DNA of 64,000 nucleotides from Octopus vulgaris (taxonomy: Eukaryota), in NCBI GenBank assembly GCA_951406725.2, contig OX597819.1:5208001-5272000 (forward strand). Direction: 5' to 3'. Numbering within the stretch: position 1 is the stretch's first letter; the number at the start of each line of letters is the position of its first letter. The translations under genes were made by a program, and so were the position numbers. A model generated the notes under the pieces. It was given only the letters and a program-made list of their open reading frames with translations. It searched no databases and was not told the origin of the DNA. This document shows, piece after piece, positions 24,132-36,195 of this stretch.

Positions 24132-24605
24132 TATATATATATATATATAGGCGCAGGAGTATGTATTAGTATAACGCTCAGGAATTGAAAAAGTCTTTTA
24201 CGTTTCAAGCCTACGCTCTTCTACAGAAAGGGACACAGAAAAAAAATGTGTAGTGGCTACCGATCTATATATATATATATACATATATATCATCATCATC
24301 ATCGTTTAACGTCCGTTTTCCATGCTAGCATGGGTTGGACGGTGCTAGCATATATATATATATTCAACAGGCTTCTTTCAGTTTCTGTTTTTCAAATCCT
24401 GTCACATGGCTTTCGTTGGCCTGGATATATAGTAGAAGACAGTTGTCCAAGGGGCCATGTTGCAGAACTGAACCTGAGACCACATGGTTGGGAAGCAAAC
24501 TTTGTAATCAAAATGATGCTGAGGTATATAATATTGTGTTGACGTTTGCACTGATCAAAACAGAATCAGTGCTGGTTATGTCCCTTAACTCAGTAGTTTA
24601 GCTAA

Positions 24606-25625
24606 CATCATCATCATTGTCGTTTAAGGTCCGCTTTCCAAGCTGGCATGGATTTGACTGTGGACTGGCAAGCCAGAAGGCTGCACCAGGTTCCAATCTG
24701 ATTTGGCAAGCTTCTACAGCTGGATGCCCTTCCTAACGCCAACCACTCCAAGAGTGCAGTGGGTGCTTTTTATGTGCCACTGGCACGAGGGCCAATCAGG
24801 CGGTACTGGCATCGACCACACTTAAATGGTGCTTTTTACGTGCCACCGGCACAAGAGCCAACAACCTTCACTGGCAACAACCACGTTCAAATGGTGCATT
24901 TTATGTACCACTGGCAATGACAACACTCCAATGGTACTTTTTACATGCTACTGGCACAGGCGCCAGTCATGTGGTATTGGCTTCGGCCACGACAATGACT
25001 TCACTTGACTCAACAGGTCTTTGCAAGCAGTTTATTTATTGCCCAATGATTGAAGGTTACTCTTAAATGGGCTGGTTATGCTGCACTGGCATAAGCCGCA
25101 GTTACGGTCTCACTGGGCTTGCCAGGTCTTCTCAAGCACAGCATATCTTCAAAGGTCTTGATCACTCATCATCGCTCCATGAAGCCCAACGTTCAAAGGT
25201 CATGCTTCACCACCTCATCTCAGGTCTTCCTCTTCCACAGGTTCCCTCTACTGTTAGCGTGACACACTTTTTCACACAGCTGTCCTTTTCATACGTAACA
25301 CATGAACCATACCAGCGCAGTCATCTCTCTTGCACACCACATCTGATGCTTCTTTTAGGTCCAACTTTTCTCTTGGCGCTTACACTCTGTCGTGTATGCA
25401 CACTGACGTTACACATCCAGCGGGGCATACTAGCTTCATTTCTTGCAAGCTTACGCATATCCTCAACAGTCACAGCCCATGTTTTACTGCCATGTAGCAT
25501 GGCTGTTCACACACATGCGTCATACAGTCTACCTTTTACTCTGAGGGAGAGGCTCTTTGTCACCAGAAGTAGGAGCTCTCTAAATTTTGCCCAGGCTATT
25601 CTTATTCTAGCAGCTACACTCTCAG
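24606..25625 (-). mobile_element. RTE LINE 3' fragment (RT C-terminus plus 3' UTR)
   Basis: Reverse strand RIRIAWAKFRELL..LYDACV*TAMLHGSKTW, then the family 3' UTR with (GAT)n tail. Confidence 0.85.
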
Positions 25626-26039
25626 AAATTGAAAAGTAAGAATCAGACTGAAACAAGTAGTAGAATCAATATGACTGAAACCATTAAAAGAAAGAATATT
25701 ATATTTTATTCTGGCCAGGCAGAAGACTGCACCAGACTTCAGTGTTTGTTTTAGAATGGTTTTTATGGCTGGATACCCTTCCAAACACCAACCACCCAGT
25801 AGAGTGGGCTCAGTGCTTTTTATGTAGCACAAGCACTGGTGAGGTCAGATTTGGCATGGTTGTTACAGCCGGATGCCTTTCCAAATGCTAACCCCTTTAC
25901 TGTGTGGACTGGATGCCTTTTACAAGGCACCAGCACTGGCAGAGTCATCAAGTAACTTGCCAAACAAAGAACCTTTGAGAAGGGAGGGGGGCATTGGAGG
26001 AGGTGATCTTGTGCCAGATGATGAAAGGTTAGAGTGTAA

Positions 26040-26300
26040 CATAGACAGAAACAGGTGTCTTGCTGTAGAGGAAATACATGGTTACCTGGTGTGTGTGAGA
26101 GAGAGAGAGAGAGAGAGTAATCACGATTGAGAGCAGAAACAGGTGTGTTGTAGAAGAAATATATGGTTACCTGGTCAGAGAGAGAGAAAATAATGAAGAG
26201 TGAAATAAGAAACAGGTGTCTTGCTGTAGAGAAAATATACGGTTACCTGGTGAGAGAGTGATCATGAATGAGAACAGAAACAGGTGTGTTGCTGCAGCTG
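26040..26300 (+). repeat. Minisatellite, about 4 units of 70-90 bp
   Basis: Recurring AGAAACAGGTGT..TGTAGA.GAAATA.ATGGTTACCTGGT(GA)n. Reverse-oriented relatives at about 20190-20270 and 57700-57940. Confidence 0.7.
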
Positions 26301-27263
26301 ACCAGTGAGAAAAGGTCATTAGAAGTTGTGAAACACTAGATTGTATTTCTCATTCAGCTTCTTTGCCATGTCTGGAGATGATATTGTGTTTTAGAACTCT
26401 TGGATAAAATAAATAGCAATAATACACAGACATTGCTTCAACCAACATTAGTCTTCCCTCTTAATCCTAGTCAAAAAAATCAATTGCAATCTGTTTCAAT
26501 TCTAATTAAATGAATGCTAGATACATCACAAGAAAACCAAGTGTTGCCCCATGGCAACTACATGTAAATTATATGCAAAATAGGAAGAAAAGATTCAACA
26601 AACTAACAATTATGTTTAAATCTCCATATGCTGTAATTTGTAATTAGTCTCATGGAATCATTTCAACACATACAAGAATTTTTATAAATTCTGAAAATAA
26701 AATTCTAGAAAAAAATTTCAAGTTTTAAACATTTGTCAGCAAAATTTGAAACAAAAAATAAAGATTGAATTATTTTATTCTCATTTTATTTGTAATTCAT
26801 TTGTGCTGCAAGAATGCTTGTATTTGCATCAAAAGTCCGGTTTACAATATTGACTGCATACAAAATTACCTCTGCTTCTACAGCCTGTCATAATTAAAGG
26901 TTTATTATCTTGCAGGCAGCCTCGTTTTCGTTGTTAATATACAAAGGCTAAGGTCACTTAAGCACTGAATTTCTAGACTTTAAAAAAATGAACATTGTAC
27001 AGAATTTTTACAGTAGAAACATTTTCTCTTGACAATCTGTGATATTGTTGACATTTCCTGCTTATAAATTGTCCATTATCTCAGCATTTTCGAATTCTAC
27101 TGGAATGAAAAAAAAATCCCTTACCTGAAAAACAGGTAAGCGTTTGCGACAGAAAGAGCATCCAGTCATAAAAATCCTGCTGAGCTTCCTTCTGTGCGAA
27201 GCGATGCTAGCATGGAAAACGCATGCGAAACAAAACGAACCTTCTTAACTAATATAATAAGCT

Positions 27264-27410
27264 CTATTTATCTTTAGGTACCAATGATGGAGCAATATAT
27301 TGTTCTAATTCTTCAAAGTGTTGGCTTCTCCGGATCAGTTTAACTTCGGCTTTATCCATGGCCTCTTCTAGAACTCCAGGACAAGAAAGTTCCACATTTC
27401 CAGTGTTGGC
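27264..27410 (-). CDS. NCAPH2: NCAPH2 terminal coding exon 18
   Basis: ANTGNVELSCPGVLEEAMDKAEVKLIRRSQHFEELEQYIAPSLVPKDK* (LANxGNV..YxAPS). The 18 exons sum to 1809 nt in one open frame. Confidence 0.93.
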   Translation of the reverse strand, partial: ANTGNVELSCPGVLEEAMDKAEVKLIRRSQHFEELEQYIAPSLVPKDK

Positions 27411-27883
27411 CTTTATTTTAAATTAAAGAGACAAAAAAAAAGTTTCAGATAAAGTAGATAAGGAAATTTTAGAGTGAAGCATTTAAACAAAAGATAGCAA
27501 AAAAGTACGTGACACCAGCTCAAATACCTTATAAGTATTTAATTGTCATTCTGAGTTCAAATCCACCAGCATCTTTGTCCCTCAACCCTATACAATATTT
27601 GGGCCTTGTATCTAAGTAAGAGAGCACTATTTGGTCTGAACATTTCAACTCTGCTTGCAGGTTCAATAGCAGCTGTTGCCCTTCAGTAAAATTCTTAAAT
27701 TAGTATAGGTTTGATGCAACAGGTAGACATAAGTACAAACATTTCAGTTACAAAATTTAGTACTCTCAGTCCCCATACAAGCTCTACAATATTTGATCAA
27801 CATGGTTGGTCTTTATCCAGATGTTAAGCTTGTATGAAACCAAATCTACAATCTGGTTTCAATTTCCCTTTACGTATATTGTT

Positions 27884-28252
27884 GTGGAGGCACAATGGCC
27901 CAGTGGTTAGGGCAGCGGACTCACGGTTTCATAGGATCGCGGTTTTGATTCCCAGACCGGGCTTTGTGAGTGTTTATTGAGCGAAAACACCTAAAGCTCC
28001 ACGAGGCTCCGGCAGGGGATGGTGGTGATCCTTGCTGTACTCTTTCACCACAACTTTCTCTCACTCTTACTTCCTGTTTCTGTTGTACCTGTATTTCAAA
28101 GGGCCGGCCTTGTCACTCTCTGTGTCACGCTGAATATTCCCGAGAACTACGTTAAGGGTACATGTGTCTGTGGAGTGCTCAGCCACTTAATCGTTAATTT
28201 CACGATCAACCGGAACCCTCGTCGTCGTAACCGACGGAGTGCTTCCAACAAC
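27884..28252 (+). mobile_element. SINE-C
   Basis: Family match, ends GGAGTGCTTCCAACAAC. Confidence 0.83.
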
Positions 28253-29139
28253 GTATACTGTTAAACATTCTTAGAAATGTATTATTCATTGTCCAGTTTT
28301 GTTCATAGTCAAAAGAAATTAACCTCTTAAATACCAGGTCTTGTTTTTTTTCTTTCTTTTAATGTCCTCCAATATCATTGTCAAATTTTGTTCATTAAAT
28401 TATAGCATCATATTGTTTGCTGCATTGCTTGAGAGGTATTTAATTATAAATATAATCTAGTTTGGCAAATTTCCACGACATGTCCACAGTAGTGTACAGG
28501 GAATAGATGAGAAGAAACTGAGAAAGTATCTGGTGAGAGTTTACTTTGAGGATATGCGATCCTTGGATGGATAATCAAGAATCTTATAAATTGACCAATG
28601 ATTTTAAGAAACGACATGACTGTGCATGAATATGTATTAGAGAGAACTAATGTACAATAAACCAGTAATGTTAATAATGAATTGTACATCCTTTATGATT
28701 TAAAGCACCAAATATGGCAACTATAGAAGCAGTCTTTTTTTCATGTTTAAATGAACAAAACATACATAACTTTGTTGACAAATTACTTTAGTGGCAGGAA
28801 AATCTCCAGCAAACCATTTAAGAAGTTATGCTCTTAAGATTCATAATTTCACTCAGTCCACTCTCTAAGGCCATAAGAAACCATGCCAAAACAGATAGTG
28901 AAGCCTGGTGCAGTTGTCTGGCTTGTCCAACCCATACCCACAAGGAAAACATGTTAAATGATGATAATATCAACATGGACATATCTAATACCATTAATAC
29001 TGTAAATACTAAAAATAACAACTTTTCAAAACTAATTAATTCTAATTACTACCACCAAACAATAGTAAGCTACATCGTTTGAGGCTTGAAGCTAAATGAA
29101 TTTAAGTGAAATGTAATTACATGTTCTGTTCACACTCAC

Positions 29140-29286
29140 CAGCATTAATGTTGATAAAAACAGACGTCCAATTTCGTATGTTGGCTTCCCACTCATTAAT
29201 TTGGCTAATGGAAATTTATCTCCTAGTTGGAGAGAATCGATTATCTTTGTACCATACTCACGAATGTCAAATGGTCCATGTTGTTC
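29140..29286 (-). CDS. NCAPH2: NCAPH2 coding exon 17
   Basis: EQHGPFDIREYGTKIIDSLQLGDKFPLAKLMSGKPTYEIGRLFLSTLML (FDIxxYG, kleisin C-terminal winged helix). Phase 0/0, CAG/GTGAGT. Confidence 0.95.
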
Positions 29287-29648
29287 CTGAAAAAAAAAAA
29301 AAAAAAAAAATTTTGAAAGATTTAACTGTTATATAGTTTGAAGTTTTACTCCAATTATTAGATTGAAGTTAATTATATCAACTAAATACTGAATCATGCA
29401 AAAGTAACAGAATACCAAACATTAAAATTTTATTCTTTTTGCTAAAAGACCCTTCTGAAGAATTTTTCAAAATGCATTTCCAATCATTTGTAGCATATGT
29501 TGAATAGACATTCTATTTAACATGTTGAACTGGAGTGATTTATTGAATTATATAGTTTGGTTAATTTACTGAGGCATGTAAAATAATAGCTGTTACAAAA
29601 TGATCAAACACTGACAGAAATTTCTTCATAAATAAGATGAGAACTTAC

Positions 29649-29750
29649 TTCTTCCTGGAGTTTTGGAAAGATTTTTTCTTCCCATTCTGCAATTCGTTTT
29701 GATAGCTCGGTAACCTGTGCATATTTTTGAGCTCCAATATAAAAATCTTC
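29649..29750 (-). CDS. NCAPH2: NCAPH2 coding exon 16
   Basis: EDFYIGAQKYAQVTELSKRIAEWEEKIFPKLQEE (TELSxRIxxWE motif). Phase 0/0, CAG/GTAAGT. Confidence 0.95.
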
Positions 29751-30706
29751 CTGAAAATTATAATAAAGGGGAAAATTAAGAAATAACAAGTGCTGGTGGC
29801 ACGTAAAAAGCACCCACTACACTCACGGAGTGGTTGGCATTAGGAAGGGCATCCAGCTGTAGAAACATTGCCAGATAAGACTGGAGCCTAGTGCAGCCTT
29901 CTGGCTTCCCAGATCCCCAGTCAAACCGTCCAACCCATGCTAGCATGGAGAACGGACATTAAACGATGATGAACAAACCAATATTTATTCATATTTTTCA
30001 TCACCATCATTGTTTAACATCCATTTTCCATGCTGGCACAGGTGGGACGGGTCAACAGGAGCTGACAAGCCATAGAAACTGCACTACGCATCAATATCTG
30101 CTTTGCAATGGTTTCTATGGTTGGATGCCCTTTCTAATGCCAACCACTTCACAGAGTATTGGGTGCTTTTTATGTGGCACTGGTGCCAGGGAGGTCAACA
30201 GAAAACTCACATGACAACCGAGGTTTATGTAGTATTGATGTAAGTGGCTCTATACCAGGTGATGAGAGGTTAAAATTCGATAAAGAGACAAAAACAAGTG
30301 TCTTTATTTAAAATTCTTTCTCTAATTCCTTTAAAGTGGAATTAGAATATCATTGATAATGAGAATAGTTTATAAGAAAATAAATATAATGTGGAAGTTA
30401 AGTGCTCCTAATTTAGTACTCAATAGCATTAAAATATTAGGCCAAACTATCATAGGTAACATTCTTAGAAGATCTAAAATCTAAAACAAATAGCTTGATG
30501 AGCTAAAGTATATAGAATTAAATGAACTGAAAAATACTCAATAAAATGCCTTAAATATTTATGAACCTGACATATATCTAATCCTAAAAGCATGTCTTTA
30601 CCTATTTTGCAAGAAGGCAAGGATTAGGTCAGAATTAAATCCTGTAGGCAAGAATTACGCCTGAATCAGTTCCAGAATTTTTAATCACTTCTTGTCTTTC
30701 ATCAAT

Positions 30707-31121
30707 TTACTCTTTTACTTGTTTCAGTCATTTGACTGCGGCCATGCTGGAGCACCGCCTTTAGTCGAGCAAATCGACCCCGAGACTTATTCTTTGTAAG
30801 CCCAGTACTTATTCTATCGGTCTCTTTTGCCGAACCGCTAAGTGACAGGGACGTAAACACACCAGCATCGGTTGTCAAGCAATGCTAGGGGGACAAACAC
30901 AGACACACAAACACATATATACATATATATACATATATACATATATATACATATATACAACAGGCTTCTTTCAGTTTCCGTCTACCAAATCCACTTACAA
31001 GGCATTGGTCAGCCCGGGGCTATAGCAGAAGACACTTGCCCAAGATGCCACGCAGTGGGACTGAACCCAGAACCATGTGGTTGGTAAGCAAGCTACTTAC
31101 CACACAGCCACTCCTGCGCCT
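30707..31121 (-). mobile_element. SINE-A, full length
   Basis: Matches consensus. Confidence 0.87.
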
Positions 31122-31194
31122 ATTAAATACATTAAATACATTTTTACAACCTTTTGGTTAAATGTAAAATATAGCTGCTGAATTTAATACTTAC

Positions 31195-31253
31195 AATGTG
31201 TTTCTGGACCAAATGCTCATAGCTGCTCACAGGTTCACCACGCTTGGATTCTT
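31195..31253 (-). CDS. NCAPH2: NCAPH2 coding exon 15
   Basis: EESKRGEPVSSYEHLVQKHI (SYExLV motif). Phase 1/0, TAG/GTAAGT. Confidence 0.9.
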
Positions 31254-31419
31254 CTAGAAAAAAAAAACAAAACATAATAACTATAGCAACGTTCAGCAAG
31301 TTTGTTTGAGTAAATGTGTTATGTTACTTCTGCAATAAGTTAGAAAATTGTCCAAGAGTTCCACTGCAGACATAAATTAATGCCCCACGGGATTCAAGGT
31401 TTCAAATTTATAGAAAACA

Positions 31420-31654
31420 CTCTGTATTGAATCCGAGGCCGTGTGAGAAGATGAATGGAGTCATAACGTCACCATCACGAGTGGTCACTCCAAACATTAC
31501 GATGTTGATTGGATGTTTGATTTTTATCACTGTCGATACATATTCTCAGATCAACACCCAAACACTCTGAAATGTTCGTATAGGAGCTTCCGGCATGAAT
31601 GCCAAGCAGTACAGCATGTTGTTTCTAAATTTCTGGCAGAGTAAATTGTGTCAT
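31420..31654 (-). mobile_element. Internally deleted maT/DD37D-like (Tc1/mariner superfamily) transposase relic
   Basis: MTQFTLPEI*KQHAVLLGIHAGSSYTNISECLGVDLR (HTH-like) joined to VIKIKHPINIVMFGVTTRDGDVMTPFIFSHGLGFNTE, resembling the KHPxxVMVFG..DGDVMPPFIF motif. Confidence 0.65.
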
Positions 31655-32060
31655 GGGCTGTTTTTCTCACAAACAATACCGTGTAGTCAACAAAATGTCA
31701 ATAACTGAAGTGAAACAGGAATCAGAACGAAGAACTCATTTCTTTTACATGATACAAAGAAAAATGTTCCAAGAGAAAGTTTCATGTCTTACCATTCCTA
31801 ACCACGATAGAATTGGTGAAAGAGCTGAGCACCCAACAAAGTGCTACAAATTTACCTTCTAACTTCTCTGATTAATTCCAATCCCATTGGAACCAATTTT
31901 ATTTAACATTTTTCCAGGCCAATAAGTCATACAGGTGAATTTAAGTGATTATACTGCATTCTTACAAATATTAGCCTGTAAACTTGGAAATAACCATATC
32001 TTTTGTAACGTGTGTAGTAAGCTCATAGTGTGACAGTAAGTTTATAGCCAGCTAAATTAT

Positions 32061-32454
32061 ATTTCTTTACTGCTCACAAGGGGCTAAACATAGAAGGGGC
32101 AAACAAGGACAGACGAAGGGATTGAGTCGATTATATCGCCCCCAGTGCGAAACTGGTACTTTATTTATCGACCCTGAAAGGATGAAAGGCAGAATTTGAA
32201 CTCAGAACGTAACGACAGACGAAATACCTATTTCTTTATTACCCACAAGGGGCTAAACATAGAGGGGACAAACAAGGATAGACATAGGTATTAAGTCGAT
32301 TACATCGACCCCAGTGCGTAACTGGTACTTAATTTATCGACCCTGAAAGGATGAAAGGCAAAGTTGACCTTGGCGGAATTTGAACTCAGAACGTAATGAC
32401 AGACGAAATACTGCTAAGCATTTCGCCCGGCGTGCTAACGTGTCTGCCAGCTCG
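32061..32454 (-). mobile_element. SINE-F, one head plus two tandem bodies
   Basis: Same junction (GACGAAATACCTATTTCTTT on +, about 32218-32237). Confidence 0.83.
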
Positions 32455-32948
32455 CTTCCTTTAGCTAAATTAACAACTTGCTCTTATTTAGAACTGTTTC
32501 ATTTCTATAACACTTAACAAGGTACATAACTCTTTTTGTCTCAATTCACCTGTCACACTAGGTGCCTCTTCGTAGTTAAGTAGTTTGTGATAGAAGATAC
32601 AGTTATAAATACATCCCTCAAGCAAGAACCACACCACCCATAAAAAAATAAATGTCCGCAGGAAAGCCATCAATACCACAACTAACCATTTTTCATCTGT
32701 CGCTATTTGACATTTTCAAAGGTTTAGATTTACAGCTCAAGTCAAATTGTTTAAACTCTCAGTGTAAAATACTTAACATTTGGTTCAAAATATTTCTCAG
32801 TTTAAATTAACAAAATTAAAATTTCACAGTTGCTTATTGAGTAAATCAGATGAAAACTAAGATGAAACATGATTCAATTTGGTCAATGGCCAACTTTAAA
32901 TAATTATACAAAATAATCAGTAAAGGTTTTATGTTCTTAAAAACAAAC

Positions 32949-33062
32949 CAGCAATGGGAGAATCATCTTCAATGTCAAATAAGTCATCGTGAAGATTCAA
33001 GACAGGCCCCACAATGTTGTCATCATTATCATCATCATCACCTCCACTTGCTGTATTCAAAT
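32949..33062 (-). CDS. NCAPH2: NCAPH2 coding exon 14
   Basis: DLNTASGGDDDDNDDNIVGPVLNLHDDLFDIEDDSPIA, acidic linker. Phase 1/1, CAG/GTTTGT. Confidence 0.83.
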
Positions 33063-33298
33063 CTGAAAAGAAAGAAGGGAACTGTAAAAGCAATGGAACA
33101 AAACCTAGATTTCACTGAGTTGGTCCACAAAATTACAACATTGAAAGAAAGATATGGTATTTCCATCTAATCAAGTCAAAGTATCAATATCATACATACT
33201 TATGTTGAATAAGGATAGTGAGTTCTGAGAGCACAGATCAAACACACAAGTATATTGAGTACCTATCCAGACATGATTTTAAAAAAATAAATTACACT

Positions 33299-33708
33299 AG
33301 GTGCAGGAGTGGCTTGCTAACCAACCACATGGTTCCGGGTTCAGTCCCACTGCGTGGCATCTTGGGCAACTGTCTTCTGCTATAGCCCCGAGCCGACCAA
33401 TGCCTTGTGAGTGGATTTGGTAGACGGAAACTGAAAGAAGCCTGTCGTACATATGTATATATGTGTATGTGTGTGTGTGTGTGTGTGTGTGTTTGTGTGT
33501 CTGTGTTTGTTCCCCTAGCATTGCTTGACAACCGATGCTGGTGTGTTTACGTCCCCGTCACTTAGCGGTTCGGCAAAAGGGACCGATAGAATAAGTACTG
33601 GGCTTACAAAGAATAAGTCCTGGGGTCGATTTGCTCGACTAAAGGCGGTGTTCCAGCATGGCCGCAGTCAAATGACTGAAACAAGTAAAAGAGTAAGAGT
33701 AAAGAGTA
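33299..33708 (+). mobile_element. SINE-A with a small deletion in the A-box region
   Basis: Matches consensus except GGAGTGGC|TTGCTAACC. Confidence 0.87.
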
Positions 33709-34338
33709 GTGGAAAATCTCATATTGCTTCCAATGGCAAGAGTCTGAACAATGTCCAAAAGTCAGGTGAGGATGTTTCTTATAATTTCAGAACCAACAGG
33801 ATAGATGTTATTTTCCAGATATCAAAACCAAAGCAGATAAAAAAAATAAAAAGAAAAACTTTTGGTAATACCATCATTAACAATATTCCATTAATATTAA
33901 ATCTTCAGTTCTTATTAGAGTTAAAATTTACATTACATGTCCCGACTGCCAGACTTCTCACTCAAATAGCAGTTACCCTTTCTAAGCTGTTCACCCTCAC
34001 TTCATACTCTGAGCAGTTTTAATGGTAATCTCAAGTCCAAAAAAGACAGCTCTGTAATTTCTTGCTGAACAACATGCACAGACGATTTGTTTATAGGGAT
34101 CAAGTGTTTATGCTATGCTCACCCCTTCCATCAAATCAACGTTACCTGTACAGGTGCACAAGTCTAAGTGATTGTAAAGCAATGCAAGCTGATGTCTTTT
34201 GATCAAGAATACAACACATCACCTGGTCTGAGAATAGAACCCCCAGTCTTACGATCATAAGTGCAACACCCAAACCATACACCCTTGCTACTAACATCAC
34301 ATCACAAGTAAAGCTCATATTTATGAGAATCAAATTAC

Positions 34339-34405
34339 CTGCACCCATTTCCAAGCCATCTTCCAGATTTTCTCCATCCAGTATTTTTTGCTCTAAAATT
34401 GTTTC
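34339..34405 (-). CDS. NCAPH2: NCAPH2 coding exon 13
   Basis: ETILEQKILDGENLEDGLEMGA. Phase 0/1, TAG/GTAATT. Confidence 0.8.
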
Positions 34406-34623
34406 CTAAAAGGAAGGATATATTTAATATTATATTAGAGAAAATAATGGAAAAGAAATCAGATGAAGATTAAATCAAAGGCCACACACAAAGTATTGTG
34501 AACTATTTCAGTCCACAAACATTCTACTAAAATGTTTGCAATATAAAATTACACTTGGAACAAAAGATAATATAAAAGTAATGTCTTATAGTAATAAAAA
34601 AATTAGTAACAATGGGCTGTTGA

Positions 34624-34945
34624 ACTTTTGAAATAAGGTCTTATAAAAATTGGCTTCACTGACCAATGAAGAGATAGACTATAATTTATCCTTTGTGAGT
34701 TTTGAACTGTTAAAACAAGAGATCAAAACACAAATGATGGCTTTCCTACGGATATTTATTTTTTTATGGGTGGTGTGGTTCTGGCTTGAGGGATGTATTT
34801 ATAGCTGTATCTTCTATCACAAACTACATTTGTGTTTTCATCTCTTGTTTTAACAGTTCAAAACTCACAAAGGATAAATTATAGTCTATCTCTTCGTGGT
34901 CAGTGAAGCCAATTTTTATAAGATATCAGACCTTATTTCAAAAGT
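34624..34945. repeat. Inverted repeat, arms about 110 bp around a loop of about 90 bp
   Basis: ACTTTTGAAATAAGGTC..AAAACACAAATG vs CATTTGTGTTTT..GACCTTATTTCAAAAGT. Confidence 0.88.
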
Positions 34946-35540
34946 CTGTACATGTTATCATAGGTGTAATTCAGAGGAATTAATAGTTCCAAATATGTAA
35001 TACCGTCTCAATGAATAATACGACACAAGAACTACTATTGACAATTAGTATGATTAACCCAATCAGATTGTCTTCTTAGTTTACTAAGAATGTCAGACTT
35101 GGCACTCAGCCAAAATCCCAGGGTAACAGGAATTAGTAAACCCCATTTTAAAATCTAGCCAAACTAAAAACACATCATTCAGTTGGAGTAAAAATAAATC
35201 TTCAATGCGGAATTGATCTGTTTAAAGATGTCTGCAGATAATGTGTTTAGATGTTGTTTGAAATATTTTTTTCCCAATTTCTTTACTATGAGGCTCACTG
35301 CAACCTAACACTCTAGGAACAAAAAACAAAGGGGTAAGTTTACAACCAATGAGATACTGTAAATTTCGAAGATTCTGATTAAGATTTAATGGGAATATCT
35401 TGGAGACAATTGAAGATGGAAAATTCCAAGTGGCAAATAAAAACGATCGCATGAAGGTGCAAGATACTCAGTCAGGTGACAGTAGGAGAAATATAACATC
35501 TGTAGGAGATGGACAGGCTTCCAATTCCAAATAATATCAA

Positions 35541-35869
35541 CTGGCACTATGACCCAGCAACGCCGGGTCATAGTGCTAGTGCATGCATATACAGCTGTGT
35601 GCGTGCGCACCTACACGTGAGTACTGTCCAAACCTCCAACCAATCACATACAGCTAGCTGGCATTCAATTGGTGTATCAAGTTTTGGGCATTTTGATTGG
35701 GTTTTGGATAGAAAATTCACAAAAAAGTAACTTCTATTGATTTTTTTAATGGCTTTGCAGGGTGACTGGGGAAATGTAAAAATGTGCACGACCACCCTTG
35801 GATGGTTTTGAATGACCATAGAAAGTGCAAGCCCAGACATTTTGCCGTTTATATATATATATAGAGAGA
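35541..35869 (-). mobile_element. Second non-autonomous Helitron-like family (H2); 5' fragment also at about 37405-37512
   Basis: The minus strand begins TCTCTCTATATATATATATAAACGGCAAAATGTCTG. The other end is a 40-bp near-palindrome CTGGCACTATGACCCAGCAACGCCGGGTCATAGTGCTAG. Confidence 0.62.
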
Positions 35870-36070
35870 TTTCTGGAAGCTTCTGCTTAGTACCTTTTAA
35901 TCAATTTCATTTTGTTTGAAACTTGCATTTTTGTGGTACAGACTCTGGTTATCTCCCCTGCATCGAAGAGCTAAAAAGGTTAACTTCACAGTTGTCTCTT
36001 TTCCAGCCACATTCAATTTTAAGAAAATGACAAACATTTCATAGAAGTATAATGTAAAAAAAATACTGAC

Positions 36071-36195
36071 CATAGCTTTAGTTTCAGTTTTCTTTTGTGC
36101 TTGACGTTCAGAAAGTTTCGTCCAACACATTCCTTCAAACTCTGGAAGACAAGAATCTCGCAGATTCCTCTGTAATTTGTGTTTGTAGGAAAATA
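36071..36195 (-). CDS. NCAPH2: NCAPH2 coding exon 12
   Basis: LFSYKHKLQRNLRDSCLPEFEGMCWTKLSERQAQKKTETKAM. Phase 1/0, CAG/GTCAGT. Confidence 0.85.

Noticed and set aside
25067-25639. 190-aa plus-strand ORF, the longest in the track
   Set aside because: It is the antisense reading of an RTE RT C-terminal relic.
32488-32679. Duplicated hydrophobic small ORF (also 34650-34853) as a membrane micropeptide
   Set aside because: The similarity comes from a 90-bp DNA duplication. The copies have different starts and ends and no expression signals.
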